DNA of 51,491 nt from Patescibacteria group bacterium (GTDB lineage: Bacteria; Patescibacteriota; Microgenomatia; Woykebacterales; RBG-16-39-9b), in assembly GCA_025449635.1 (NCBI GenBank), contig JANWIZ010000006.1, positions 1 to 51,491 of the forward strand. Direction: 5' to 3'. This document shows, piece after piece, positions 26,972-36,096 of this stretch. The notes beneath the pieces were generated by a model, which had not been told where the DNA came from, did not search any database, and saw only the letters and a program-made list of their open reading frames with translations. How positions within the stretch are numbered: position 1 is the first letter of the stretch; each line of letters starts with the position of its first letter. The position numbers and the translations under genes are program-made.

Positions 26972-29052
26972 ATACTGTTTCCAAATTTTCTTGCTACGGT
27001 TTTATAAAAACCCTCTAATTCTAAAATTTTTTCCTTCCAACGATAGTTTTCAGCAGTTTTTAGCCCTTCTGTAATTAAGCTCTCCTTCATATTCACATCA
27101 CCAAAAGCAATTTTTAGTTTCTCAACCACATCTTTTACATCTGTTTTACTGACTATCAAGCAATTTTTCCCATCAATACAAAACTCATCATTTCCATCCG
27201 CTTGAGTACAAACTACAACACAACCACAAGCCATCGCTTCCAATACTGGTAAACAAAATCCTTCATGAATTGAAGTTTGAATAAAAACCTCTGATTCATT
27301 ATAAAGCTCAACAACTTTCTGGTCAGTTGGTTTATACTCGTAATTAACTCCTAAAAGCTTTCCGAGCCTTGGTTCTGTACCAAAAAGTTTCAATTTTGGC
27401 CTTGGAGTCATCAATCTCCAGGCTTTCTCAGTAAGATTAAAATTTTTCAAGTTAAGACTTCTCCCCAAAGCAAGTAACTGATTTTTTTGTCTTTCTGTGT
27501 TTGTAACTTTAAAAATTTCTGAAATTCCAGGATTCACTACTTTTGCGCTTATCCCCTCCTTGTTCAACTGCTCCCTATCCCAATCTGAAACCGTAAGATA
27601 ATTAAACTCTTGACGATAGTTTGATAATACTTTGCTTTGGTAATCACTGTCCCCTTTGTAATACGAACTCTCAACGTCTTGAACCAAGAATAAAGGGATT
27701 CCTTTTAAAATACTAGATTCCCAAACTACCTGGGCTGTTTCCCACCAAGTAGCAACTTTGATCGCCTCAACAGCCTTCAAATCTGCTAGCAAAGATTCGA
27801 AACTTTTAAAAGTTTTTATTGGAACATCAAGTTTGAACCAATCTGGGCCATCATCCAGCGAATAAAGCTCTACCTGATGACCAAGTATTTTTAATCTATT
27901 AAGATGCTCAAAAATCACCCTTGGACCACCACCAACTCCATTATCTAAAGTGACATAAATAATTCGTAATTTACCTTCATTAGTTAAAATATTTCTTTTA
28001 TCAAAAAAGTCTCTCCATTTTTCCCAAAAATAGTCTTTGGATCTCATCTCTCTTTCTCCTTGCTTCTTACCTCTCGTTTTTGACTCAAGATGGACAACAA
28101 TAGACTTTGGACAATAAACCACTTTAAACCCTGTCTGCCAAGCACGAAGAGAAAAATCAACATCCTCAAATGCCATAGCAAAATTCTCATCAAGTAAACC
28201 AATACTATCCAGCACTTCTTTTTTGATATACATACATGCTCCGGTAGCTGACAAGATGGGGTAAGAAAAATTTGAGGGTCCAAAATCTCCTGCCTGAAAA
28301 CGGTAATAATGATCAAACCAATCTGCTTCCGACTTGTTTCTAAAAGTACCTACCCACTGAATAGTTTGATCCGGATAAAGCAGTTTCGGACCTACTATTC
28401 CAATTGTAGGTTCGGAGTAGGCCCAAAATTGTAATCCCTCTAACCAACCTTGTTTTACAACCGTGTCATTATTGAGCAATATGACATCATTCTTTTCAGA
28501 TTGTTTTAAACCTTTATTTATGGTCTTTGCAAAACCTTCATTTTTCTCACTAAGTACAAGTTTGACGGGTAGGTCTTTTAGTTTGCTCACAAACTCTGTC
28601 CTCGAACCGTCGTCAACTACAATTATTTCTACATCTGATTTATTTGATGTTTCAAGAATACTTTTCACACAGTTTTTGGTTAATTCAAAATCATTATATG
28701 TAGGAATAATTATCGAAACTTTACGCTTATTTTGTTTATACCAACTAATTATTTTTTTGTCCGGAATGAAATCAATTATCTTAGGAGTAATGAAAAAAAC
28801 AATCCATCCAAATAAAACTACAGAGATTAATCGAAAAATAAATATAATTAGTCCTTTTGTTTTGTAAGTTTCAAAAACTTTACGCCATAAAAACGAATAA
28901 GATCCTCTTGAAATAATTAGACTAAAATTTCTACCAAATAGATCTTTTGTTAAAAAAACCCTCACTTTTTTAATAAAAAAACCTACGCCTTTATCTTTTA
29001 AAGCTAGGATCGACTTATTTACAAGCTCAATTAATCTGTAGAAAATCTTCAT
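26968..29052 (-). CDS. Two-domain glycosyltransferase (GT2 plus WsaF-like GT4)
   Basis: IIPTYN, VVDDGS, LLNND, FEDVD; then GGGPRVIFEH.NRL, VATWWETA, LVQD.E, EGFCLPVLEAMACG. Confidence 0.88.
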   Translation of the reverse strand: MKIFYRLIELVNKSILALKDKGVGFFIKKVRVFLTKDLFGRNFSLIISRGSYSFLWRKVFETYKTKGLIIFIFRLISVVLFGWIVFFITPKIIDFIPDKKIISWYKQNKRKVSIIIPTYNDFELTKNCVKSILETSNKSDVEIIVVDDGSRTEFVSKLKDLPVKLVLSEKNEGFAKTINKGLKQSEKNDVILLNNDTVVKQGWLEGLQFWAYSEPTIGIVGPKLLYPDQTIQWVGTFRNKSEADWFDHYYRFQAGDFGPSNFSYPILSATGACMYIKKEVLDSIGLLDENFAMAFEDVDFSLRAWQTGFKVVYCPKSIVVHLESKTRGKKQGEREMRSKDYFWEKWRDFFDKRNILTNEGKLRIIYVTLDNGVGGGPRVIFEHLNRLKILGHQVELYSLDDGPDWFKLDVPIKTFKSFESLLADLKAVEAIKVATWWETAQVVWESSILKGIPLFLVQDVESSYYKGDSDYQSKVLSNYRQEFNYLTVSDWDREQLNKEGISAKVVNPGISEIFKVTNTERQKNQLLALGRSLNLKNFNLTEKAWRLMTPRPKLKLFGTEPRLGKLLGVNYEYKPTDQKVVELYNESEVFIQTSIHEGFCLPVLEAMACGCVVVCTQADGNDEFCIDGKNCLIVSKTDVKDVVEKLKIAFGDVNMKESLITEGLKTAENYRWKEKILELEGFYKTVARKFGNSI

Positions 29053-29102
29053 TGCTTCTCTATTGATATGGAATTATACAAATTTATTTTTCCAAATACC
29101 AA

Positions 29103-29945
29103 TTAAGTATTTAAGTGCTCTTTGAGGGCCTCTTTCCATGATCGCAGACCAACGCCTAATTTTCTGGCGCGTTTATTTACAAGAATTGACCTTGGAGGCG
29201 GAACTGATTGCCTAACATAGTCTTTTAATTTTATCGAGGTTACTTTTACGTTCTTTCTTCCAGAGTTTTTTAAAATTTCGATTGCCCACTCAAAACGAGA
29301 ACAAAACCCCTCATTTGCCAAATGGTAGATACCAGACGGGTTTTTCCTCACCAAATCAAAAATTGCCTTCGCTAAATCTGGAGCATAGGTTGGAGTGGCT
29401 ATTTCATCAGCTACAACTTTTAATTCTCCTGATTTATCCGCTGCTGTTATTATTTTTAGAGGGAAATTACTTTTACCTTTGGGTCCGTAGACCCAGGAAG
29501 TTCTTACAACCACTCCATCTTTCTCAAGTACTTCTTGAACAAACTTTTCTCCAGCTAATTTTGAAACAGCGTAAGGGTTAATTGGGTTTGGTTTATCGGT
29601 TTCTTCGTAAGCAGTATTCTTTTTTCCATCAAAAACCTCGTTTGTACTGATATAAAGTAATTTTGCACCTATTTCTTTACTTGCTTGGGCCAAATTTTTG
29701 GTACCCTCGCCATTTATAAACATTGCCTTTTCTGGATTTTCCGCACACCCCTCAACGTCAGTCCAAGCAGCGCAATGAATTATCAGATCAGGTTTTGTAT
29801 TTGCAAAAACCTTTTCGATCTGCTCTCTATTTGTAATGTCTAAGTTATGAGTATCGGTCGCTATAACTTCCCATTCAGCTTCAAAAACCTCGACCAACTC
29901 CAGACCCAACTGACCATTGGCACCAGTGATTAATACTTTTTTCAC
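29103..29945 (-). CDS. rmlD: dTDP-4-dehydrorhamnose reductase
   Basis: GANGQLG, AAWTDV, YAVSKLAGE, RTSWVYG, PTYA.DLA. Confidence 0.95.
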   Translation of the reverse strand: MKKVLITGANGQLGLELVEVFEAEWEVIATDTHNLDITNREQIEKVFANTKPDLIIHCAAWTDVEGCAENPEKAMFINGEGTKNLAQASKEIGAKLLYISTNEVFDGKKNTAYEETDKPNPINPYAVSKLAGEKFVQEVLEKDGVVVRTSWVYGPKGKSNFPLKIITAADKSGELKVVADEIATPTYAPDLAKAIFDLVRKNPSGIYHLANEGFCSRFEWAIEILKNSGRKNVKVTSIKLKDYVRQSVPPPRSILVNKRARKLGVGLRSWKEALKEHLNT

Positions 29946-30958
29946 TCTTGACTCACCTCATACTGCTGTTTGTAATAATCTTGATAAGACCCACTCTTTA
30001 CTCTCTTCCACCAATCAGTGTTGTTTTTAAACCACTCAACCGTCATTGCCAAACCTTTATCGAAGTCATACTTTTGACTCCAGCCAAGCTCTTTTCGAGC
30101 CTTCGAACTATCCAGAGCGTAACGACGATCATGTCCTAGGCGGTCCTTGACTGTTTTCAAAAGTGATTCGGGCTTGTTCAAAATTTTTAAGATTTTTTTG
30201 AGTACTTGAATATTTGGCAATTCCTCTTCGGTCCCAATCAAATAAGTCTCTCCAATAACCCCTTTTGCAATAGCAACCTCAGTAGCCAGAGCAGTATCTT
30301 CTACATGAGTCCATTCTCTAACAGAAAGGCCATCTCCATAAACTGGTATTTCTTTATCTTCCATCGCGTTTGTTATCGCCAGTGGGATCAATTTTTCTGG
30401 GAAATGGAAAGGACCATAGTTATTTGAAACATTGAGTATTATCAATGGTAAGTCGTAAGTATTTGCGTAGGCTCTGGCAATATCCTCTGCTGCTGCCTTT
30501 GAGGCAGCGTAAGGACTGCGTGGATTGTGAGCTGTAGTTGCATTAAACTTTTTTTTTGAATCTAAACTTAGTGCTCCAAAAACTTCATCAGTTGAAAAAT
30601 GAACGATTTTTTTTACCTTATTTTCTCTAGCTGCTTCCAGAAGCACTGCAGTTCCCTTGATGTTTGTTTCAATGAATGGATTCGGGTCAGTAATCGATCG
30701 ATCGACGTGAGACTCCGCAGCAAAGTTTATTAAAGTATCGACTTTGTCCAATGCCTTCAGCATTGCTTGTGTGTCTGCAATATCCGCCTTTAGAAATTTA
30801 TAATTTTGGTTTTTTTCAACTTCTTTAAGATTTTCTAAATTACCCGCGTAAGTTAGCTTATCTATATTAATAAGTTGATCTTGGGGATGATTTTTTACCC
30901 AATGGCGTACAAAAGCAGAACCAATAAATCCTGCTCCTCCAGTTACAGCAATTTTCAT
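29942..30958 (-). CDS. rmlB: dTDP-glucose 4,6-dehydratase
   Basis: GGAGFIGS, DKLTYAGN, AAESHVDRSI, STDEVFG, YAASKA, NNYGP..PEKLIP, GHDRRYA. Confidence 0.96.
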   Translation of the reverse strand: MKIAVTGGAGFIGSAFVRHWVKNHPQDQLINIDKLTYAGNLENLKEVEKNQNYKFLKADIADTQAMLKALDKVDTLINFAAESHVDRSITDPNPFIETNIKGTAVLLEAARENKVKKIVHFSTDEVFGALSLDSKKKFNATTAHNPRSPYAASKAAAEDIARAYANTYDLPLIILNVSNNYGPFHFPEKLIPLAITNAMEDKEIPVYGDGLSVREWTHVEDTALATEVAIAKGVIGETYLIGTEEELPNIQVLKKILKILNKPESLLKTVKDRLGHDRRYALDSSKARKELGWSQKYDFDKGLAMTVEWFKNNTDWWKRVKSGSYQDYYKQQYEVSQE

Positions 30959-30994
30959 AAATTCTGATTCATATCGTGCTTAAGTTTCTTCTAA

Positions 30995-31450
30995 TTATTT
31001 TACTATCCCCTGTTCAAGCTCTTTTTGGGTGTATTCAACCTGCTCATCTTTCAAATCTGGGTCATAAGCAGGATCTGGGTAATTAATAAGCCAGCCTTCC
31101 TCATTTCCGATATTCTCTAGTCCCGTGGCTATATTTTTGGGAATAAAAAGTCGTTTTGGTTCATTTGCATCTAAAATATGCTCTTCCCGGACCCACTTCG
31201 TTTTTCCATTAATTTCCTCAGGTAGATAAAGGATTATTCGCATTCTGCCTTTGACACACACATACCGAGCTGCTCGCACTCTGTGAAGATGATAACCCTT
31301 AAAAGCTTGTGTGATTGCAGCCGACAAGTAAACTTCAGTCTTGCTACCATCCTCACTCTTAAACATTTCTATAAGAAAGCCATTTTCCTTGCTGGAGTGA
31401 TCCTTGGTTATAACTTTTTTTGCGATTTCTTCTGAGACTTTATCTACCAT
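30995..31450 (-). CDS. rmlC: Divergent RmlC-like cupin (probable dTDP-4-dehydrorhamnose 3,5-epimerase)
   Basis: Between rmlA and rmlB; NGFLIE, KGYHLH, LFIP..ATG, YDP..DE; start ATG 31450 with GGAGG. Confidence 0.7.
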   Translation of the reverse strand: MVDKVSEEIAKKVITKDHSSKENGFLIEMFKSEDGSKTEVYLSAAITQAFKGYHLHRVRAARYVCVKGRMRIILYLPEEINGKTKWVREEHILDANEPKRLFIPKNIATGLENIGNEEGWLINYPDPAYDPDLKDEQVEYTQKELEQGIVK

Positions 31451-31470
31451 TTTTCCTCCAAATAATTTTT

Positions 31471-32223
31471 TTAAAAGTTTGTAAGTTTCTTTTCTTGATC
31501 TTGTCCAAGTTTCTTTTTTGTCCAAAAAACATTTGTTCGATAAAGACTCTCAAAAGTTCCTGCGTCACTCCAAAACCCTTGAAGCTCTGACCAACTCATT
31601 TTTCCGTCATTAATGTAGCGGTTGTTAACGTCTGTTATTTCAAGTTCCCCCCGATCAGAGGGTTTGTTCATCTTAATGTAATCAAAAACCTTGTTGTCAT
31701 AAATATAGAGTCCCGTGACAGCATAGTTATTAGTCGGAGATTTTGGTTTCTCGTCTATTCTAACAATTCTCGATTTGTCCACTTTATCAAAAACTGGAAC
31801 TCCAAACCTTTGGGGATCTGGAACTTCTTTCAAAAAAACTACTGAGCCTTTAGAAAATCTTTTTACCTCGTCTTTTATATCAGCATCAGTACAGTTGTCT
31901 CCTAATATTACAGTTACACTGTCCTTTCCAACAAAGTCTTCACAAAGCTTCAACGCCTCAGCAATACCACCTTCTGCTTCTTGATAAGCATACTCGATGT
32001 GATCAACTCCAAAATCTTCCCCGTTTTTTAGCACGTGAAGAAAATCACCAGCATGAGGCCCACCTGTAACAATAATAATTTCGGTAATTCCAGCACTAAC
32101 CAAAGTCTGAATTGGATAATAAATCATCGGTTTGTCAAAAACCGGAAGTAAATGTTTGTTAGTTGCGTATGTCAGTGGATAAAGTCGGCTACCCTTACCA
32201 CCAGCTAAAATTGCACCTTTCAT
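31471..32223 (-). CDS. rmlA: Glucose-1-phosphate thymidylyltransferase (short form)
   Basis: LAGGKGSRLYPLT..NKHLLPV.DKPMIYYP, LGDN, EKP, SDRGELEITD, WSDAGT. Confidence 0.93.
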   Translation of the reverse strand: MKGAILAGGKGSRLYPLTYATNKHLLPVFDKPMIYYPIQTLVSAGITEIIIVTGGPHAGDFLHVLKNGEDFGVDHIEYAYQEAEGGIAEALKLCEDFVGKDSVTVILGDNCTDADIKDEVKRFSKGSVVFLKEVPDPQRFGVPVFDKVDKSRIVRIDEKPKSPTNNYAVTGLYIYDNKVFDYIKMNKPSDRGELEITDVNNRYINDGKMSWSELQGFWSDAGTFESLYRTNVFWTKKKLGQDQEKKLTNF

Positions 32224-32229
32224 GAAAGC

Positions 32230-32238
32230 ATTTTAACA
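32230..32238 (-). promoter_or_regulatory. Extended -10 promoter of the rml operon, predicted leaderless
   Basis: TGtTAAAAT 6 nt upstream of ATG 32223. Confidence 0.6.
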
Positions 32239-32316
32239 CAACCTAACATTTCAGAGAAAAAGCCTTGATTAGTATTTAAATATTACTTAGACTTAATTTA
32301 ACAGATCGAAATAAAT

Positions 32317-32661
32317 ATGAAGTTCTTTCTTTTACTAATGTCAATGAGTCTTGGAATTACTGGTCAACTACTCCTAAAACGCGGGGTCTTAGCATCCAGC
32401 CTTGAGCCAAACATACCATCTATTCTAAAAACAATTTTTTCGCCTTTGGTTTTCTCTGGTTTTGTGTTTTATGGAATATCAGCTATTATCTGGTTGTTTG
32501 TTTTACAAAAATTTCCACTTTCAGTTGCCTACCCCTCACTAGCAGTTACCTATGCAATAATAGTTTTATTTAGTTTTTTGTTTGTTAACGAACCTATAAC
32601 AACAAATAAAATTATCGGTATTATCCTAATTTTTCTTGGGGTTACATTTCTTTATAGATAA
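32317..32661 (+). CDS. SMR/EamA-family 4-TM protein (ArnE/F-like lipid-sugar flippase)
   Basis: GQLLLK.G, W..VL..PLSVAYP, EPIT..GI.LI..GV. Confidence 0.82.
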   Translation: MKFFLLLMSMSLGITGQLLLKRGVLASSLEPNIPSILKTIFSPLVFSGFVFYGISAIIWLFVLQKFPLSVAYPSLAVTYAIIVLFSFLFVNEPITTNKIIGIILIFLGVTFLYR

Positions 32662-32671
32662 GTTAATCTTC

Positions 32672-33829
32672 TTAAAGGTTGTAAAAAAATTTTAACTCTT
32701 CAACCGTATTCTCCCAACTCCAATCTTTAGCAGTTTTTGTACCATTTTCAATAAGTTTTGTTAATTTTACTTTATCTAGCATTAACGAATTAATTGCGTT
32801 TCTAGCAGAAACAATATCCCCCGGTTCAACTACAATAGCATTTTGTCCATCAATAATATACTCATCGTACCCAGTTACTTTGGATACAACATTGGCTCCA
32901 CCACAAGCCATCATCTCTAGTGGGGGGCAAAATAACCCTTCAACTTTAGACATTTTCAGAAGAACATCACAACTAGAATAGATTTCTCTCATCTTCTCCA
33001 TAGGTACTTTTTCAAAAAACCTATCACAGTGCCATTCCTTTCTTGGCCTTCCAGCATTACTCACACACCACACTTCACTTTCTAAGTTTTGCACTACAGC
33101 AAATGCATCTTCCATCCCCTTGTAAGGAAGATTGATTGCTCCTTCTAGTAAAATCCGCAACTTATCTTTTGGCTTAGGCGTAAGTGGCTCTGTTTTAAAA
33201 AAAATATTTTTGTCCAAACCCATTGGAACATAATGGGAATCCTTATTAAAATTATTTTTTAACCAGTCCTTGATCCATTTAGCCTCAACCATGAACTCAT
33301 AGTTAAGTTTGTATGTTAACCATGCTTCAAGCCTTTCGAAACTTCCATTTGGGTAAAACCTGCTTTCGTCCGATTGAACAAAATAGATTTTGCGTTTAGA
33401 TTTTATTCTCATTAGATCAAAGGCAGTATCCCAAGAAGTAGCTATCAAAATATCGATGTTACTTCTCCAAACATTATCAGAGTATGGGAAAATTTTACCG
33501 CCAAAATCCGGAAACCAATCTATTTGCTGCTTATTGTCTTTACTAACAATAGATACCTCAAACCCTAGTTTTACTAACCTATTAACATGTTGGCAAACTA
33601 CTGCTATGCCGCCAGTAATAGTAGTTGCTGGAATAAGATAGACAATTTTTTTTGCCTTTTGCCTACTAATTGCTCTTTTTGTAAATACAGAGGTCGAATA
33701 GTATTTGTAGAAAAGCTTTTTCAGTACTGAACCTCGAGGTAGAGATAACTTCTGGTGAATACCTAAATATAGACTCCTTAGCCAATTAAAAGTATTCTTT
33801 GGTAGTATTTTTTTGATGGCTGTTTTCAT
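32672..33829 (-). CDS. GT4 glycosyltransferase (WsaF-like)
   Basis: GGIAVV.QH.NRL, IATSWDTA, YFVQSDE..FY, EGLFCPPLEMMACG. Confidence 0.85.
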   Translation of the reverse strand: MKTAIKKILPKNTFNWLRSLYLGIHQKLSLPRGSVLKKLFYKYYSTSVFTKRAISRQKAKKIVYLIPATTITGGIAVVCQHVNRLVKLGFEVSIVSKDNKQQIDWFPDFGGKIFPYSDNVWRSNIDILIATSWDTAFDLMRIKSKRKIYFVQSDESRFYPNGSFERLEAWLTYKLNYEFMVEAKWIKDWLKNNFNKDSHYVPMGLDKNIFFKTEPLTPKPKDKLRILLEGAINLPYKGMEDAFAVVQNLESEVWCVSNAGRPRKEWHCDRFFEKVPMEKMREIYSSCDVLLKMSKVEGLFCPPLEMMACGGANVVSKVTGYDEYIIDGQNAIVVEPGDIVSARNAINSLMLDKVKLTKLIENGTKTAKDWSWENTVEELKFFYNL

Positions 33830-33927
33830 AATTTCTCAATTAAGGATCCTTACTAATCATTCAGTATATAATATACCTTACTTTTGTAATAAATTAGTGT
33901 CAGAAGTTAGTGTATAATTTACCTCTT

Positions 33928-34788
33928 ATGAAGCTACTAGTGACTGGTTCAAATGGTTTTTTAGGTTCAAGTTTTACATCTTTGCTAAAAGAAACAAATA
34001 TTCCGTTTGAAACATACGATCGAGTAAAACCAAACCAAATAGGAAATTTCGATCAGGTTGTTCATTTTGGAGGTTTGACACCTAATTCAATCCTTCCTAA
34101 TGGTAAAAATCCTACAGATAGGGATTTGTACCAGGCTAATGTGATTGGAACCAGAAATCTCTTAGATCAGGTCTTAAAAAATAAATTACTTAATTTATTT
34201 ATCAATGTAGGGTCAGCCGCTGAATACGGAACTAGCAGCACTATAATAGATGAAAATTCGCCTGCCAATCCAATTGATTATTATGGTCAAACTAAACTTG
34301 AGCAATCAAAACTTATCCAAGAATTTGCCTCTCAAACTTCGGTTGCTGCATTGAATTTAAGGGTTTTTAATGTTATTGGACACCGAAGGGCAATTACTAA
34401 TTCAAGCGAAAAACTATCCTTACCAATATTTGAAAGTCTAGAGAGACAATTTAAGCAGATTAAAGTCCCTAAGAACATTGTAATTAGCAATAGTCATAAT
34501 GTACGTGATTTTCTTCACATCGACGATCTGTTTGCTGGAATTGTTGCGTCACTCAATTATAGACCAGTTACAGTTTTTGAAAATATAAACCTCTGTTCTG
34601 GTAAAGGTGTTTCATTGGGAGAATTGGTAAAATTATTTGCAAAAATACTAAAAGTTGAGTATATAGTAACTGAAACCCAGAAAAACTATAGCTTATCAGT
34701 GGGTAACTGTACCAAAGCGAGCAAATTATTATCTTGGAAACCAAAAATTACTCTGGAAGAAAGTATCAGGAAATTTTTAAATGATTAA
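33928..34788 (+). CDS. Extended SDR NAD-dependent epimerase/reductase
   Basis: TGSNGFLG, GSAAEYG, YGQTK, RDFLHIDD; probable ATG 33928 with TATAAT at 33913-33918. Confidence 0.85.
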   Translation: MKLLVTGSNGFLGSSFTSLLKETNIPFETYDRVKPNQIGNFDQVVHFGGLTPNSILPNGKNPTDRDLYQANVIGTRNLLDQVLKNKLLNLFINVGSAAEYGTSSTIIDENSPANPIDYYGQTKLEQSKLIQEFASQTSVAALNLRVFNVIGHRRAITNSSEKLSLPIFESLERQFKQIKVPKNIVISNSHNVRDFLHIDDLFAGIVASLNYRPVTVFENINLCSGKGVSLGELVKLFAKILKVEYIVTETQKNYSLSVGNCTKASKLLSWKPKITLEESIRKFLND

Positions 34789-36085
34789 ACATAGGTTATT
34801 AATTATTGGTGCTGGAATTGCCGGTCAAGAGGTGGTCAGACAAATAAAGAACTCGGGGCGCAAGGATATAAAAGTTGTGGCTTTTGTAGACGATGATGAA
34901 ACTAAACAAAATACAACAATCGAATCAATAGTTGTTAAGGGAAAAATTAGTGATTTACCCAAAATCGTTAAAACGGAGCAAATTTCACAAGTACTAATTT
35001 CTACTCCTTCTGTTAATAAAGGTATCGTAACCAGAGTATCAGAACTACTTCCTCCAAACTTCCCAAAGAAAATATTACCAAGTATTTCTTCCGTAATTTT
35101 AGGAAGAGTTGATATGTCTTATGTTAGAGATATTGATCTTTCAGATTTGATTGGTAGACCTTTAGTCAAAGCCAACCAAGAACTTATTCTAAAAAAAACA
35201 GAAGGAAAAACTTTTCTAATCACTGGAGGTGCTGGATCAATTGGTAGTGAAATAGTGAGACAACTTTATGATTCAAAAGCCAAAAATTTAGTGATAGTAG
35301 ATGCTTGGGAAGAAGGTGTTTTCAATTTACTCGAGGAATTAAAATCTGTTACTCACAATATATCATCGCGACCCAAAATTACTGCTTTTATTGGTAACAT
35401 TCGTGACGGAAAAAGGTTGGAAGAAATAATTAAGCCCAACTCAATTGATGTAATAATTCATGCAGCAGCTTATAAACATGTTCCTTTGATGGAAGATAAT
35501 CCTACTGAGGCCGAAAAAACTAATTATTTTGGAACGAGGAATATTCTAAAACTAGCCAGCAAGTATAAGATAAACGAATTTGTACTTATATCAACTGACA
35601 AGGCTGTTAATCCATCTAGCATAATGGGAAAAACCAAAAGAAAAGCAGAGCTTTTGATGAAGAAGTATTCCAAAAAATCAAAGTATAATCGTTATTGTGC
35701 TGTTCGATTTGGTAATGTTTTAAACTCTTCTGGTAGTGTTGTTCCAAAGTTCCTTAAGCAAATAAATTCAAATTTGCCTTTAACAATCACCGATAAACGC
35801 ATGACTAGATACTTTATGTCAATTCCCGAAGCAGTTTCTCTAGTTTTACTTTCTTGGACCATCGCAAAAAACGGACAAATATTGTTATTGGATATGGGAC
35901 AACCGATAAAAATAGTAGATCTTGCAAAAAACTTGATTAGACTACATGGTCTTGAGCCCAACAAGGATATAGATATAATTGAGGTCGGCATTCGGCCAGG
36001 AGAAAAATTATATGAGGAATTATCCTACGACCAAAACAAGTTAAAAGTCAGTGGTATGGATAGAATATTTATCGCTGAAGAATAA
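34781..36085 (+). CDS. PglF/CapD-family UDP-sugar 4,6-dehydratase lacking the N-terminal TM region
   Basis: IIGAGIAG, FVDDD; TGGAGSIGSE, HAAAYKHVP, STDKAVNP, VRFGNVL.SSGSV, RPGEKLYEEL. Confidence 0.92.
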   Translation: MIKHRLLIIGAGIAGQEVVRQIKNSGRKDIKVVAFVDDDETKQNTTIESIVVKGKISDLPKIVKTEQISQVLISTPSVNKGIVTRVSELLPPNFPKKILPSISSVILGRVDMSYVRDIDLSDLIGRPLVKANQELILKKTEGKTFLITGGAGSIGSEIVRQLYDSKAKNLVIVDAWEEGVFNLLEELKSVTHNISSRPKITAFIGNIRDGKRLEEIIKPNSIDVIIHAAAYKHVPLMEDNPTEAEKTNYFGTRNILKLASKYKINEFVLISTDKAVNPSSIMGKTKRKAELLMKKYSKKSKYNRYCAVRFGNVLNSSGSVVPKFLKQINSNLPLTITDKRMTRYFMSIPEAVSLVLLSWTIAKNGQILLLDMGQPIKIVDLAKNLIRLHGLEPNKDIDIIEVGIRPGEKLYEELSYDQNKLKVSGMDRIFIAEE

Positions 36086-36096
36086 AACTACAGCTC

